A stretch of 64,000 bases of DNA, from sequence record NC_054918.1; one strand, 5' to 3'. Under the pieces are notes generated by a model. The model was not told the DNA's origin. It saw only the letters and a program-made list of their open reading frames with translations, and searched no databases. Shown here one piece after another: positions 43,435 through 55,213 of this stretch (its first letter is position 1; each line of letters starts with the position of its first letter). Source of the DNA: Escherichia phage vB_EcoM_G4498. Both the position numbers and the translations under genes were made by a program.

Positions 43435-43769
43435 AGTAGAAAATCTAATGTATTAGTTTTTTCACAACGAACAACAGAAGGACGTAAAAGATTTTCGTCA
43501 ATGGCTTCTGACTGAATTTTTTCAATTATACCCGAAGGAATAAATTTAGCAAATTGAGTTTCAGGAATAGAGTTTTCTTCCAAGAATGCTGTCGTAGCTT
43601 CAAGATAACTCATTCCAAACTCTTCTACCATTTTTTCAATGATAAATCCATTTTCTTGACGATCGAGAAGCTTTGCTATTTCATCCTTTTCTTTCTTGAT
43701 TGAAAGTTCTTTTTCTGAAAGACCGGTCTCATCGACCGGACGAATATCATTTAGAGAAAACTGTGTCAT
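43431..43769 (-). CDS. 33: gp33 late transcription co-activator
   Basis: 112-aa ORF from ATG at 43769 (MTQFSLNDIRPVD...). Confidence 0.85.
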   Translation of the reverse strand: MTQFSLNDIRPVDETGLSEKELSIKKEKDEIAKLLDRQENGFIIEKMVEEFGMSYLEATTAFLEENSIPETQFAKFIPSGIIEKIQSEAIDENLLRPSVVRCEKTNTLDFLL

Positions 43770-44016
43770 AAAGTTCAACTACCTCTTCAGTTTCAGCTTC
43801 AAACACATCACGATTATCTTTATGATACAAAGCTAATAGACGATTAAACATCTTACCATCAACGCCAAGTTCATCTTTAGCACGAATTCGAATATCTTTA
43901 ATCAGTTCATTATAACCGGAAATTTTCAGTTTATGATCAGATGCTTCTTTAATAAATTTAGCCAAGTCTTCGCCATGGATAGCTTCATCAAATTCAACCA
44001 TTTCTTTTTTAGCCAT
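43747..44016 (-). CDS. dsbA: DsbA double-stranded DNA-binding protein
   Basis: 89-aa ORF in the syntenic position between rnh and 33. Confidence 0.8.
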   Translation of the reverse strand: MAKKEMVEFDEAIHGEDLAKFIKEASDHKLKISGYNELIKDIRIRAKDELGVDGKMFNRLLALYHKDNRDVFEAETEEVVELYDTVFSK

Positions 44017-44024
44017 TATTCACC

Positions 44025-44942
44025 TCAAAATTCATTAATGCTATTAGTTAATTTAGAAAGACCCGCTTTTACAAAATATGAATAAATTTTGCCACGCGGT
44101 GGTAATTTATATGAATTATAGTAATTCACAATGTTTGAAGCAATATTATCAGGAATATAATCAAAATCAATTAGAACTAAATTTTCTTTATAACGATTAT
44201 ATTCAGATTCTGTGAGAAGCACCTTAGCTTGCTCACGGTCATTAGCAATAGCTTCAACGATTGAAGTTTTCATTGAAGGAGTTCGTTCACCTTCAACTCT
44301 GGTAAACCAAAAGTCAGATCGTACTTTAACTGAAGCAACGTTATCCTTTTTGTCGCCTTTAAGGATTTTAGTCATACAGTCAATTTCAGCAGAACCGCTT
44401 TTAATTTTAACCCATTTCTTATGCATCGGTGACCATTGCTTAACATTTGGATATTTGTGAAGCTGTGTAAAGTCACCATCCGATGAAATGATTAAAATCT
44501 TATGTCCTTCTAAAGAGAACTTTTTAACAAGAACAGCAATGTGGTCATCTGCTTCATACTTATCAATATCCATAACAATGTATGGCATATAAGCTTTCAA
44601 TTCATCTATAACTTTATGGCTGGATTCAAAATAACCTTCCCAGTCCCAAGTAGATTCTTCTCGTGCTTTTCCACGGTTTTTCTTGTAATAGTAAGCGAAA
44701 TCACGACGCCAGTATCCAGATTTCGCGTTATCAATACATAGTACAATTTTAGTGTATCCAAGCGTTTTTGCTTTTTTGACATTAAACTTAATTGAGTTCA
44801 ATATCAAATGACGAACCATCGATAAATTAATTTTTTCTTTATCTGGGAAGTTTACCAGAGCAGTTGAAAGAGCAATTTGACTAAAGTCAATAAAGCAAAT
44901 TCCTTCTTTGTAATCTTCATCCAGCATCATTTCTAAATCCAT
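44025..44942 (-). CDS. rnh: RNase H (5'-3' exonuclease, FEN family)
   Basis: 305-aa ORF from ATG at 44942 (MDLEMMLDEDYKEG...) with GAGG SD; matches T4 RNase H. Confidence 0.95.
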   Translation of the reverse strand: MDLEMMLDEDYKEGICFIDFSQIALSTALVNFPDKEKINLSMVRHLILNSIKFNVKKAKTLGYTKIVLCIDNAKSGYWRRDFAYYYKKNRGKAREESTWDWEGYFESSHKVIDELKAYMPYIVMDIDKYEADDHIAVLVKKFSLEGHKILIISSDGDFTQLHKYPNVKQWSPMHKKWVKIKSGSAEIDCMTKILKGDKKDNVASVKVRSDFWFTRVEGERTPSMKTSIVEAIANDREQAKVLLTESEYNRYKENLVLIDFDYIPDNIASNIVNYYNSYKLPPRGKIYSYFVKAGLSKLTNSINEF

Positions 44943-45004
44943 ATGAACCTCGTTCAATTAGTGAGATTTCTATTATATACTATCTAAATCTTAAAGTAAA
45001 CAGG

Positions 45005-45012
45005 TATAAATA
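45005..45012 (+). promoter_or_regulatory. Late promoter for gene 34
   Basis: TATAAATA 35 nt upstream of gene 34 ATG, then GGAG SD. Confidence 0.6.
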
Positions 45013-45046
45013 CTTATTATTGAAAACACAATAGGAGCCCGGGAGA

Positions 45047-48000
45047 ATGGCCGAGATTAAAAGAAAGTTCAGAGCAGAAGATGGTCTGGACGCAGGTGGC
45101 GATAAAATAATCAACGTAGCTTTAGCTGACCGTACCGTAGGAACTGACGGTGTTAACGTTGATTACTTAATTCAAGAAAACACAGTTCAGCAATATGATC
45201 CAACTCGTGGATATTTAAAAGATTTTGTAATCATTTATAATAATCGTTTTTGGGCAGCAACGGATAATATTCCAAAACCTGCTGGAAATTTTAATAGAAT
45301 TCGTTGGAAAGCATTACGTACTGATGCCGTATATACAACCGTATCATCTGGACCATATCAATTAAAATCCGGAGAAGCAATTTCAGTAGATACATCAGTT
45401 GGCAATGACATTGAGTTTACTTTACCACCTTCTCCGCTTGATGGAGAAACCGTAATAATTCAAGATATCGGTGGAAAACCTGGCATAAATCAGGTTAAAA
45501 TAAATTCTTCAAATCAGAGTATTGTCAATTTTAGAGGTGAACAGGTACGTTCAGTTTTAATGACTCATCCAAAGTCACAGATGATATTCATTTTTAATAA
45601 TCGTTTGTGGCAAATGTATGTTGCTGATTATAGCAGAGAAGCTGCGATTGTTACTCCATCGACTGCGTATCAAGCACAATCTAATGATTTTATCGTACGT
45701 AGATTTACTTCTGCTGCACCAATTAATGTTAAACTTCCGAGATTTGCTAATCATGGCGATATTATTAATTTCGTTGATTTAGATAAACTGAATCCACTTT
45801 ATCATACAATTGTTACTACATACGATGAAACGACTTCAGTACAAGAAGTTGGAACTCATTCCATTGAAGGCCGTACATCGATTGACGGTTTCTTGATGTT
45901 TGACGATAATGAGAAATTGTGGAGATTGTTTGACGGGGATAGTAAAGCACGTTTACGCATTATAACAACTAATTCAAATATTCGTCCAAATGAAGAAGTC
46001 ATGGTATTTGGCGCGAATAATGGAACAACCCAAACAATTGAACTTCAGCTTCCGACTGATATTTCTGTTGGTGATACTGTTAAAATTTCCATGAATTACA
46101 TGAGAAAAGGACAAACAGTTAAAATCAAAGCTGCTGGTGAAGATAAAATTGCTTCTTCAGTTCAATTGCTGCAATTCCCAAAACGTTCAGAATATCCGCC
46201 TGAAGCTGAATGGGTAACAGTTCAAGAATTAGTTTTTAACGGTGAAACTAATTATGTTCCAGTTTTACAACTTGCTTATATAGAAGATTCTGATGGAAAA
46301 TACTGGGTTGTACAGCAAAACGTTCCAACTGTAGAAAGAGTAGACTCTTTAAATGCTTCTACTAGAGCAAGATTAGGCGTAATTGCTTTAGCTACACAAG
46401 CTCAAGCAAATGCTGATTTAGAAAATTCTCCGCAAAAAGAATTGGCAATTACTCCAGAAACGTTAGCTAATCGTACTGCTACTGAAACTCGCAGAGGTAT
46501 TGCAAGAATAGCAACTACTGCTCAAGTAAATCAGAACACCACATTCTCTTTTGCAGATGACCTTATCATCACTCCTAAAAAGCTGAATGAAAGAACTGCT
46601 ACAGAAACTCGTAGAGGTGTCGCTGAAATTGCTACGCAGCAGGAAACTAATACAGGTACTGATGATACTACAATCATCACTCCTAAAAAGCTTCAAGCTC
46701 GTCAAGGTTCTGAATCATTATCTGGTATTGTAACTTTTGTATCTACCGCAGGAGCTACTCCAGCTTCTAGTCGTGAATTAAATGGTACGAATGTTTATAA
46801 TAAAAACACTAATAATTTAGTTGTTTCACCTAAAGCTTTGGATCAGTATAAAGCTACTCCAACGCAACAAGGCGCAGTAATTTTAGCAGTTGAAAGTGAA
46901 GTAATTGCTGGACAAAGCCAAGAAGGATGGGCAAATGCGGTTGTAACACCAGAAACGTTACATAAAAAGACATCAACTGATGGAAGAATTGGTTTAATTG
47001 AAATTGCTACGCAAAGCGAAGTTAATACAGGAACTGATTATACTCGCGCAGTCACTCCTAAAACTTTAAATGACCGTAGAGCAACTGAAAGTTTAAGTGG
47101 TATAGCTGAAATTGCTACGCAAGTTGAATTCGACGCAGGCGTCGACGATACTCGTATCTCTACACCATTAAAAATTAAAACCAGATTTAATAGTACTGAT
47201 CGTACTTCTGTTGTTGCTCTATCTGGATTAGTTGAATCAGGAACTCTCTGGGGCCATTATACCCTTAATATTCTTGAAGCAAATGAGACACAGCGTGGTA
47301 CACTTCGTGTAGCTACACAAGTTGAAGCTGCTGCAGGAACATTAGATAATGTTTTAATAACTCCTAAAAAGCTTTTAGGTACTAAATCTACCGAATCGCA
47401 AGAAGGTGTTATTAAAGTTGCAACTCAGTCTGAAACTGTGACTGGAACGTCAGCAAATACTGCTGTATCTCCAAAAAATTTAAAATGGATTGTGCAGAGT
47501 GAACCAACTTGGGCAGCAACTACTCTGATAAGAGGGTTTGTTAAAACTTCTTCTGGTTCATTAACGTTTGTTGGTAATGATACGGTAGGTTCAACACAGC
47601 CATTAGAATCATATGAGAAAAATGGTTATGCAGTATCACCATATGAATTAAATCGCGTATTAGCAAATTATTTGCCATTAAAAGCAAAAGCTGTAGATAG
47701 TAATTTATTAGATGGTCTAGATTCGCTCCAGTTCATTCGTAGGGACATTGCACAAACAGTTAATGGTTCACTAACCTTAACCCAACAAACGAATCTGGGT
47801 GCCCCTCTTGTATCATCTAGTACTGCTACATTCGGTGGATCAGTTTCAGCAAATAGTACATTAACTATTTCTAATACTGGAACGGCAACTCGTCTGATTT
47901 TTGAGAAAGGACCTCAAACTGGAACAAACCCGGCTCAAACGATGACAGTCAGAGTGTGGGGAAATCAATTTAGCGGGGAATCAGACACAACACGTTCTAC

Positions 48001-48916
48001 CGTATTTGAAGTTAGTGATGAAACGTCTAGTCATTTTTATTCTCAGCGTAATAAAGCTGGAAATATAACATTTAATATCAACGGTACAGTAACACCGATA
48101 AATGTTAATGCTTCAGGAACATTGAATGCAAATGGTGTAGCAACATTTGGTAATTCAGTCACTGCAACTGGTGAAATTATTTCTCGAAGCGCAAATGCTT
48201 TCCGTGCTATTAACGGAAATTATGGTTTCATTGTTCGCAATGATGGATCAGTAACGAATTTTATGCTTACTGCATCGGGTGATCAGACTGGTGGATTTAA
48301 TGGATTACGTCCTTTAGCTATTAATAATGCATCTGGCCAAGTAACGATTGGTGAAAGCTTAATCATTGCCAAAGGTGCTACTATAAATTCAGGCGGTTTG
48401 ACTGTTAACTCGAGAATTCGTTCTCAGGGCACTAAAACATCTGATTTATACACCCGCGCTCCAACATCTGATACTGTAGGATTCTGGTCAATTGATATTA
48501 ACGATTCAGCCACTTATAACCAGTTCCCGGGTTATTTTAAAATGGTTGAAAAAACTAATGAAGTGACTGGGCTTCCATACTTAGAACGTGGCGAAGAAGT
48601 TAAATCTCCTGGTACATTGACTCAGTTTGGTAACACACTTGATTCGCTTTACCAAGATTGGATTACTTATCCAACGACCCCAGAAGCACGTACCACTCGC
48701 TGGACGCGTACATGGCAGAAAACTAAAAATTCTTGGTCAAGTTTTGTTCAGGTATTTGATGGAGGTAACCCTCCTCAACCTTCGGATATAGGAGCAATCC
48801 CATCTGATAATGGAATAATAGGTAATCTTACTATTCGTGATTTCTTACGAATTGGTAATGTTCGCATTATTCCTGACCCAGTGAATAAAACTGTTAAATT
48901 TGAATGGGTTGAATAA
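45047..48916 (+). CDS. 34: Long tail fibre proximal subunit gp34
   Basis: 1289-aa ORF; repeated TPKxL-type fibre repeats. Confidence 0.95.
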   Translation: MAEIKRKFRAEDGLDAGGDKIINVALADRTVGTDGVNVDYLIQENTVQQYDPTRGYLKDFVIIYNNRFWAATDNIPKPAGNFNRIRWKALRTDAVYTTVSSGPYQLKSGEAISVDTSVGNDIEFTLPPSPLDGETVIIQDIGGKPGINQVKINSSNQSIVNFRGEQVRSVLMTHPKSQMIFIFNNRLWQMYVADYSREAAIVTPSTAYQAQSNDFIVRRFTSAAPINVKLPRFANHGDIINFVDLDKLNPLYHTIVTTYDETTSVQEVGTHSIEGRTSIDGFLMFDDNEKLWRLFDGDSKARLRIITTNSNIRPNEEVMVFGANNGTTQTIELQLPTDISVGDTVKISMNYMRKGQTVKIKAAGEDKIASSVQLLQFPKRSEYPPEAEWVTVQELVFNGETNYVPVLQLAYIEDSDGKYWVVQQNVPTVERVDSLNASTRARLGVIALATQAQANADLENSPQKELAITPETLANRTATETRRGIARIATTAQVNQNTTFSFADDLIITPKKLNERTATETRRGVAEIATQQETNTGTDDTTIITPKKLQARQGSESLSGIVTFVSTAGATPASSRELNGTNVYNKNTNNLVVSPKALDQYKATPTQQGAVILAVESEVIAGQSQEGWANAVVTPETLHKKTSTDGRIGLIEIATQSEVNTGTDYTRAVTPKTLNDRRATESLSGIAEIATQVEFDAGVDDTRISTPLKIKTRFNSTDRTSVVALSGLVESGTLWGHYTLNILEANETQRGTLRVATQVEAAAGTLDNVLITPKKLLGTKSTESQEGVIKVATQSETVTGTSANTAVSPKNLKWIVQSEPTWAATTLIRGFVKTSSGSLTFVGNDTVGSTQPLESYEKNGYAVSPYELNRVLANYLPLKAKAVDSNLLDGLDSLQFIRRDIAQTVNGSLTLTQQTNLGAPLVSSSTATFGGSVSANSTLTISNTGTATRLIFEKGPQTGTNPAQTMTVRVWGNQFSGESDTTRSTVFEVSDETSSHFYSQRNKAGNITFNINGTVTPINVNASGTLNANGVATFGNSVTATGEIISRSANAFRAINGNYGFIVRNDGSVTNFMLTASGDQTGGFNGLRPLAINNASGQVTIGESLIIAKGATINSGGLTVNSRIRSQGTKTSDLYTRAPTSDTVGFWSIDINDSATYNQFPGYFKMVEKTNEVTGLPYLERGEEVKSPGTLTQFGNTLDSLYQDWITYPTTPEARTTRWTRTWQKTKNSWSSFVQVFDGGNPPQPSDIGAIPSDNGIIGNLTIRDFLRIGNVRIIPDPVNKTVKFEWVE

Positions 48917-48924
48917 GAGGTATT

Positions 48925-50040
48925 ATGGAAAAATTTATGGCAGAGTTTGGACAAGGATACGTCCAAACGCCATTTTTATCGGAAAGTAATTCAGTAAGAT
49001 ACAAAATAAGCATAGCGGGTTCTTGCCCGCTTTCTACTGCGGGGCCATATGTTAAATTTCAGGATAATCCCGTTGGAAATCAAACATTTAGTGCAGGTCT
49101 TCATTTAAGAGTTTTTGACCCTTCTACGGGAGCATTAGTTGATAGCAAGTCATATGCTTTTTCTGCTTCAAACAATACAACATCTGCCGCTTTTGTCAGT
49201 TTCATGAATTCTTTGTCAAACAATAGACTTGTTGCTATATTAACTAGCGGAAAGGTTAATTTTCCTCCTGAAGTGGTATCTTGGTTAAGGGGAGCAGGAA
49301 CTTCAGTTTTTCCATCAGATTCAGTATTGTCAAGATTTGACGTATCATATGCTGCTTTTTATACTTCTTCTAAAAGAGCTATTGCATTAGAGCATGTTAA
49401 ACTAAGTAATAGAAAAAGCACAGATGATTATCAAACTATTTTAGATGTTGTATTTGATAGTTTAGAAGACGTCGGAGCGACAGGATTTCCAAAAAGAACT
49501 TATGAAAGTGTAGAGCAATTCATGTCAGCAGTTGGTGGAACTAATAACGAAATTGCGCGATTGCCAACTTCAGCTGCTATAAGTAAACTTTCTGACTATA
49601 ATTTAATTCCTGGTGATGTTCTTTATCTTAAAGCACAGTTATATGCTGATGCTGATTTACTTGATCTTGGAACTACAAACATATCCATTCGTTTTTATGA
49701 TGCATCAAATGGATATATTTCCTCGACCCAATCTGAGTTTACTGGGCAAGCTGGGTCTTGGGAATTAAAAGAAGACTATGTAGTTGTTCCAGAAAACGCC
49801 GTAGGATTTACGATATATGCACAAAGAACTGCTCAAGCAGGTCAAGGCGGCATGAGAAATTTAAGTTTTTCTGAAGTATCAAGAAATGGCGGCATTTCAA
49901 AACCTGCCGAATTTGGCGTCAACGGTATTCGCGTTAATTATGTCTGTGAATCGGCTTCACCTCCAGATATAATGGTACTTCCTACACAAGCCTCTTCTAA
50001 AACTGGCAAAGTGTTTGGACAGGAATTTAGAGAAGTTTAA
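48925..50040 (+). CDS. 35: Long tail fibre hinge protein gp35
   Basis: 371-aa ORF MEKFMAEFGQGYVQTPFLSESNSVRYK... Confidence 0.9.
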   Translation: MEKFMAEFGQGYVQTPFLSESNSVRYKISIAGSCPLSTAGPYVKFQDNPVGNQTFSAGLHLRVFDPSTGALVDSKSYAFSASNNTTSAAFVSFMNSLSNNRLVAILTSGKVNFPPEVVSWLRGAGTSVFPSDSVLSRFDVSYAAFYTSSKRAIALEHVKLSNRKSTDDYQTILDVVFDSLEDVGATGFPKRTYESVEQFMSAVGGTNNEIARLPTSAAISKLSDYNLIPGDVLYLKAQLYADADLLDLGTTNISIRFYDASNGYISSTQSEFTGQAGSWELKEDYVVVPENAVGFTIYAQRTAQAGQGGMRNLSFSEVSRNGGISKPAEFGVNGIRVNYVCESASPPDIMVLPTQASSKTGKVFGQEFREV

Positions 50041-50044
50041 ACTG

Positions 50045-50070
50045 AGGGAGCCTTCGGGTTCCCTTTTTCT
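50045..50070 (+). terminator. Intrinsic terminator after gene 35
   Basis: GAGGGAGCCTTCGGGTTCCCTTTTTCTTT. Confidence 0.65.
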
Positions 50071-50071
50071 T

Positions 50072-50079
50072 TATAAATA
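50072..50079 (+). promoter_or_regulatory. Late promoter for gene 36
   Basis: TATAAATA 24 nt upstream of gene 36 ATG. Confidence 0.6.
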
Positions 50080-50102
50080 ATATTAAAATAAAGGGGCATA
50101 TA

Positions 50103-50753
50103 ATGGCTGATTTAAAAGTAGGTTCAACTGTGGGTGGATCTGTCATTTGGCATCAAGGAAATTTTCCATTGAATTCAGCCGGTGACGATGTACTCTACAA
50201 ATCATTTAAAATATATTCAGAATATAATAAACCACAGGCAGCTGATAACGATTTCGTTTCTAAAGCTAATGGTGGTACTTACGCCGGTCCAATTACTATT
50301 AATTACGGGGTAAATAGTTATCTTCAATTAAGTAATAATGAAACCCCTATCCGAATTCGTTCTGGTGGCGGCACTGGTAATACTCTTGTAGTTGGCGGCT
50401 CTTCCGGTGGTATTAGTTTTAGACCTGCAGGTAGTGAAATCACTACTGGACAAATTACTATTACGCCAGAAGGTTTGACAACATTTACCAGGGCTGTAAC
50501 GGCTCCATCGGTAACTGTTACATCTACTCCTTCCGCAGCATCTGATGTTACTCGCAAAGATTATGTTGATGGAGCAATAAATACTGTTACAGCAAATGCA
50601 AACTCTAGGGTATTACGCTCTGGAGACACTATGACAGGAAATTTAACTGCGCCAAACCTTTTTTCACAGAATCCTGCATCTCAACCTTCACACGTTCCAC
50701 GATTTGACCAAATCGTAATTAAGGATTCTGTTCAAGATTTCGGCTATTATTAA
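50103..50753 (+). CDS. 36: Long tail fibre distal connector gp36
   Basis: 216-aa ORF in syntenic position. Confidence 0.9.
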   Translation: MADLKVGSTVGGSVIWHQGNFPLNSAGDDVLYKSFKIYSEYNKPQAADNDFVSKANGGTYAGPITINYGVNSYLQLSNNETPIRIRSGGGTGNTLVVGGSSGGISFRPAGSEITTGQITITPEGLTTFTRAVTAPSVTVTSTPSAASDVTRKDYVDGAINTVTANANSRVLRSGDTMTGNLTAPNLFSQNPASQPSHVPRFDQIVIKDSVQDFGYY

Positions 50754-50761
50754 GAGGACTT

Positions 50762-53707
50762 ATGGCTACTTTAAAACAAATACAATTTAAAAGAAGTAAA
50801 ACTGCAGGTCAACGTCCTGCTGCTTCAGTATTAGCCGAAGGTGAATTGGCTATAAACTTAAAAGATAAAACAATTTTCACAAAAGATGACTCAGGTAGTG
50901 TTATAGAATTAGGTTTAAAATATGGAGGAACAATTGATGGTTCTTTAACTGTTAATGGAAACATAATTGGAAATTTAACAGGTAACGCTGCAACTGCAAC
51001 GAAATTAAAAACAGCACGAAAAATTAATGGTATATCCTTTGATGGGTCAAAAGATATCACGCTAACTCCATCTGACATAAATGTCAATAGCACAACGTTT
51101 ATAAAAAATAACGGCGAATTACCTGTTGATGCTAATTTAGATGAGTATGGGCCTGTTGAAGAATATCTTGGAGTTTGGTCGAAAGCAACTTCAACCAACG
51201 CTCAACCAGCAAATAAATTTCCAGAAGAAAATGCTGTAGGTGTTCTAGAAGTATTTGTGGCCGGTCAATTTGCTGGTACTCAGAGATATACAACTAGATA
51301 CGGAAATGTTTATATTCGTTCCTTGACTGCTACATGGAACGGAGTAAACGGTCCGTGGAGTGCGTGGCGAAATATTCAATCTGGTACTCGTCCACTGTCA
51401 ACAACGATTGATCTTAATGATCTAGGAGGCGCTGAACACCTTGGTTTGTGGCGAAATAGTTCAAATTCCATTGCTACCTTTGACAGAAATTTCCCAGAAG
51501 AAGGATCGTCCGCTCAAGGACTTTTAGAAGTATATGAAGGTGGAAACTATTCTCGCACACAGAGATATACGACCAGATTTGGTGTTGTTTATACTCGTTG
51601 TCTTGCTGCTGCGTGGGATGCTTCTGCGCCTAAATGGGGACCTTGGCAACAAGTCGGTAATGTCACACCGGCGACTTTCTATGACGGAGATCTGAATGAT
51701 TTTAAAACTCCTGGGTTATATAATATTTTAGGCACTGATGCCGTTATTAACTGTCCTACCGGTGAAGGTTTACCAGCCGTTATTGTTGGTTTGCTGGAAG
51801 TTAAACAGCGTGCTTCTGGCGGTGCTATTTTCCAAAAATTTACTACTGCCGGAACGGGTGCAACTACTCGCGATCGTATTTTTGAGCGTGCATATACTGG
51901 TGGTGTGTGGGGTGCATGGAACGAAGTATATACATCTTATTCCCTGCCAATTACTTTGGGTATGGGTGGTATTAAAACTCAATTAGCGGAGTTAGATTGG
52001 CAAACCTTTGATTTTGTCCCTGGTAGTATGTTTAGTGTTCCTTTGAACAAAATAAAGAATATGCCAGCAAATATGGATTGGGGCACGATTGATGGAAACC
52101 TGGTTATGTTTTCCGTTGGTCCTAGCGAACACACTAGCACAGGACGTACTGTTCAGATTTGGCGCGGCACCGTATCCCAGACAAACTACCGTTATTTCGT
52201 TGTTCGTATCGCTGGTAATCCAGGAAGTAGGACTAATACTTGTCGCCGTGTTGTTCTTGAAGACGGATCACATACTTGGACTGCTCAACAAAACTTTAGG
52301 GGATTGCTGAATATCACTGCTGCTGTTAATCTTGGTGCTAATCAGAAAATTTCACTTGCTCCAGGAGCATATATTCAAGCCCCTGCTAGCGGTTCTGGTT
52401 CTAATACTTACGCAAATCAGAATACTACCATTGCGCCATTATATCAGGCTATTGACGATTCAAATAAAAACCAGTTTGCGCCAATTGTTAAACAGAAAAA
52501 TACTGTAAGTAATATCACCTTTGCCACTGGTATGGCTATAGGTACATCCGAATATAAGATCATTGCTCAGGGTGATTTATCCGCTGATGGAACAGCAGAT
52601 GGGTTAAAACAGTGGACTTTCATGCCGTCAGGTTATTTTAAATCTCCAGGGCGTGTATATGTCGGTGATGCGTTCCTTAATACAGATGGTAATATTGCCG
52701 GTTCAATCTGGAAGAAATATAACAATGCGACAAATTTAGATGCTGCCTTGAATACTCGCGTAGGTAAAGGCGGTGATACGATGACAGGTCGGTTAACAAT
52801 CAATGCACCTAATGATTCTATTGTATTATCAACGACTGCTAGTAATTCTTTGCATATTCGTGGTGACATAGACGGGACTGGTAACTGGTATATTGGTAAG
52901 GGTGGTGCTGATAATTCGCTAGCATTTTATAGCTATGCTTCTCAGGCGGCAGTACATATCACAAACAATGGTGAGATTGCGTTAAACCCGCAAAATACCG
53001 CAATGGTTAACGTTAACCGTGACCGTGTACACATTAACGGTTCTGGATGGATTGCTAGACAACCGGGTGATTGGGGCAACCAATGGCGAGTAGAAGCTCC
53101 ATTATTCGTTGATCATGGTTATGTTTCACAGGATTGTTATTATCCTATTCTTAAAGCAAGAAGCGTTATAACCAATCAAGGATATAGCACCGCTGTTGAC
53201 TTTGGTATGCGTCGTATTCCATCACAGTGGGGGCAAGCAATCATTCGTGTCGGATCCACGGAGGCTTCTCCTGATGCTGGACACCCACAAGCTGTGTTTG
53301 AATTCCATCATGATGGATTCTTTTATACACCAGGAAATGGTAGCTTTAGCGATGTGTATATTCGTTCTGACTCCCGTCTCAAGATTAATAAAGAAGAATT
53401 AGAATATGGAGCGGTCGAAAAAGTTTGCCGACTGAAAGTTTATATTTACGATAAAGTTAAGTCTATTAAAGACCGTAGTGTTATTAAACGTGAAGTTGGT
53501 ATTATTGCTCAGGACCTTGAAAAGGAATTACCGGAAGCTGTATCTAAAGTTGAAGTTGATGGATCTGATGTTCTGACAATTTCTAACTCTGCTGTGAATG
53601 CTCTTTTAATTAAGGCTATTCAGGAAATGAGTGAAGAAATTAAAGAATTGAAAACGCCTCTCTTTACTAAAATTGCTCGCAAAATTAGTAAATATTTTAA
53701 ATTCTAA
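50762..53707 (+). CDS. 37: Long tail fibre distal subunit gp37, T2-type with C-terminal intramolecular chaperone domain
   Basis: 981-aa ORF; N-terminus [22 protein letters not shown]...; C-terminal SDSRLK fits the S-D-x-x-x-K autoproteolysis signature. Confidence 0.9.
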   Translation: MATLKQIQFKRSKTAGQRPAASVLAEGELAINLKDKTIFTKDDSGSVIELGLKYGGTIDGSLTVNGNIIGNLTGNAATATKLKTARKINGISFDGSKDITLTPSDINVNSTTFIKNNGELPVDANLDEYGPVEEYLGVWSKATSTNAQPANKFPEENAVGVLEVFVAGQFAGTQRYTTRYGNVYIRSLTATWNGVNGPWSAWRNIQSGTRPLSTTIDLNDLGGAEHLGLWRNSSNSIATFDRNFPEEGSSAQGLLEVYEGGNYSRTQRYTTRFGVVYTRCLAAAWDASAPKWGPWQQVGNVTPATFYDGDLNDFKTPGLYNILGTDAVINCPTGEGLPAVIVGLLEVKQRASGGAIFQKFTTAGTGATTRDRIFERAYTGGVWGAWNEVYTSYSLPITLGMGGIKTQLAELDWQTFDFVPGSMFSVPLNKIKNMPANMDWGTIDGNLVMFSVGPSEHTSTGRTVQIWRGTVSQTNYRYFVVRIAGNPGSRTNTCRRVVLEDGSHTWTAQQNFRGLLNITAAVNLGANQKISLAPGAYIQAPASGSGSNTYANQNTTIAPLYQAIDDSNKNQFAPIVKQKNTVSNITFATGMAIGTSEYKIIAQGDLSADGTADGLKQWTFMPSGYFKSPGRVYVGDAFLNTDGNIAGSIWKKYNNATNLDAALNTRVGKGGDTMTGRLTINAPNDSIVLSTTASNSLHIRGDIDGTGNWYIGKGGADNSLAFYSYASQAAVHITNNGEIALNPQNTAMVNVNRDRVHINGSGWIARQPGDWGNQWRVEAPLFVDHGYVSQDCYYPILKARSVITNQGYSTAVDFGMRRIPSQWGQAIIRVGSTEASPDAGHPQAVFEFHHDGFFYTPGNGSFSDVYIRSDSRLKINKEELEYGAVEKVCRLKVYIYDKVKSIKDRSVIKREVGIIAQDLEKELPEAVSKVEVDGSDVLTISNSAVNALLIKAIQEMSEEIKELKTPLFTKIARKISKYFKF

Positions 53708-53713
53708 CAACAA

Positions 53714-53728
53714 GGGGGAAATGCCCCC
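53714..53728 (+). terminator. Hairpin after gene 37 (weak terminator candidate)
   Basis: GGGGGAAATGCCCCC followed by TTTGG. Confidence 0.4.
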
Positions 53729-53743
53729 TTTGGAGTATAAATT

Positions 53744-54526
53744 ATGGCAGTAGTTGGTGTTCCTGGTTGGATTGGAAGTTCAGCCGCAAATGAAACAGGA
53801 CAACGCTGGATGAGTCAAGCGGCTGGTCAATTAAGATTGGGTGTTCCTTGCTGGATGAGTCAATTTGCAGGTCGCTCACGAGAAATTATTCACACGCTTG
53901 GAGCAGACCATAACTTCAATGGTCAATGGTTCCGAGATAGATGTTTTGAGGCAGGTAGTGCACCTATAGTGTTTAATATTACAGGTGATTTAGTATCATA
54001 TTCTAAAGATGTTCCTTTATTCTTCATGTACGGAGATACACCAAATGAATATGTTCAGTTAAATATACATGGCGTAACGATGTATGGTCGTGGAGGTAAT
54101 GGTGGTAGCAATAGTCCTGGCTCAGCTGGGGGTCATTGTATTCAAAACGATATTGGTGGGAGACTAAGAATTAATAATGGCGGAGCTATTGCAGGTGGCG
54201 GCGGAGGCGGTGGCGGCGGATATTATTCTCCTTTTTCACAAATGAGATTGACCTTTGGCGGCGGTGGCGGTCGTCCTTTTGGTGCGCCAGGCGGATCTAT
54301 TGATATGCAATCAGGCGCGACTGGTGGTACTATTTCTGCACCTGGCTCAGGATCCGTGAATGGTATCTATAATGGCGGAAACGGTGGTGAAGTAGGTTCC
54401 GCGGGAGGTAGATGCAATATTCGCGGTCAAGGATCTGAATATGATGGCGGTGCTGCTGGTTATGCTGTCATAGGGTCCGCTCCAACATGGCAAAATGTTG
54501 GAGCAATATATGGTCCAAGAGTATAA
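53744..54526 (+). CDS. 38: gp38 receptor-recognising adhesin (T2 type, glycine-rich)
   Basis: 260-aa ORF with poly-Gly tracts (GGGGGGGGG, GGGGG) separating short variable segments. Confidence 0.85.
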   Translation: MAVVGVPGWIGSSAANETGQRWMSQAAGQLRLGVPCWMSQFAGRSREIIHTLGADHNFNGQWFRDRCFEAGSAPIVFNITGDLVSYSKDVPLFFMYGDTPNEYVQLNIHGVTMYGRGGNGGSNSPGSAGGHCIQNDIGGRLRINNGGAIAGGGGGGGGGYYSPFSQMRLTFGGGGGRPFGAPGGSIDMQSGATGGTISAPGSGSVNGIYNGGNGGEVGSAGGRCNIRGQGSEYDGGAAGYAVIGSAPTWQNVGAIYGPRV

Positions 54527-54556
54527 TGTGAATAAATACCCTTAAAAGGAGGGTCT

Positions 54557-55213
54557 ATGGCAGCACCTAGAATATCATTTTCGCCCTCTGATATTCTATT
54601 TGGTGTTCTAGATCGCTTGTTCAAAGATAATGCTACCGGGAAAGTTCTTGCTTCCCGGGTAGCTGTCGTAATTCTTTTGTTTATAATGGCGATTGTTTGG
54701 TATAGGGGAGATAGTTTCTTTGAGTACTATAAGCAATCAAAGTATGAAACATACAGCGAAATTATTGAAAAGGAAAGAAATGCACGCTTTGAATCTGTCG
54801 CCCTGGAACAACTCCAGATAGTTCATATATCATCTGAGGCAGACTTTAGTGCGGTATATTCTTTCCGCCCTAAAAACTTAAACTATTTTGTTGATATTAT
54901 AGCATACGAAGGAAAATTACCTTCAACAATAAGCGAAAAATCACTTGGAGGATATCCTGTTGATAAAACTATGGATGAATATGCAGTTCATTTAAATGGA
55001 CGTCATTATTATTCCGACTCAAAATTTGCTTTTTTACCAACTAAAAAGCCTACTCCCGAAATAAATTACATGTACAGTTGTCCATATTTCAATTTGGATA
55101 ATATCTATGCTGGAACAATAACCATGTACTGGTATAGAAATGATCATATAAGTAATGACCGCCTTGAATCAATATGTTCTCAGGCGGCCAGAATATTAGG
55201 AAGGGCTAAATAA
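54557..55213 (+). CDS. t: Holin T
   Basis: 218-aa ORF; single N-terminal TM segment (VAVVILLFIMAIVWY); position after 38. Confidence 0.9.
   Translation: MAAPRISFSPSDILFGVLDRLFKDNATGKVLASRVAVVILLFIMAIVWYRGDSFFEYYKQSKYETYSEIIEKERNARFESVALEQLQIVHISSEADFSAVYSFRPKNLNYFVDIIAYEGKLPSTISEKSLGGYPVDKTMDEYAVHLNGRHYYSDSKFAFLPTKKPTPEINYMYSCPYFNLDNIYAGTITMYWYRNDHISNDRLESICSQAARILGRAK

Noticed and set aside
53736-53743. TATAAATT immediately upstream of gene 38, resembling a late promoter
   Set aside because: It abuts the ATG and is just the spacer between the GGAG SD and the start codon, leaving no room for a transcribed leader.
54180-54260. Repetitive GGTGGCGGCGGAGGCGGTGGC tract
   Set aside because: It is in-frame poly-glycine coding sequence inside gp38, not a CRISPR repeat, satellite or mobile element.
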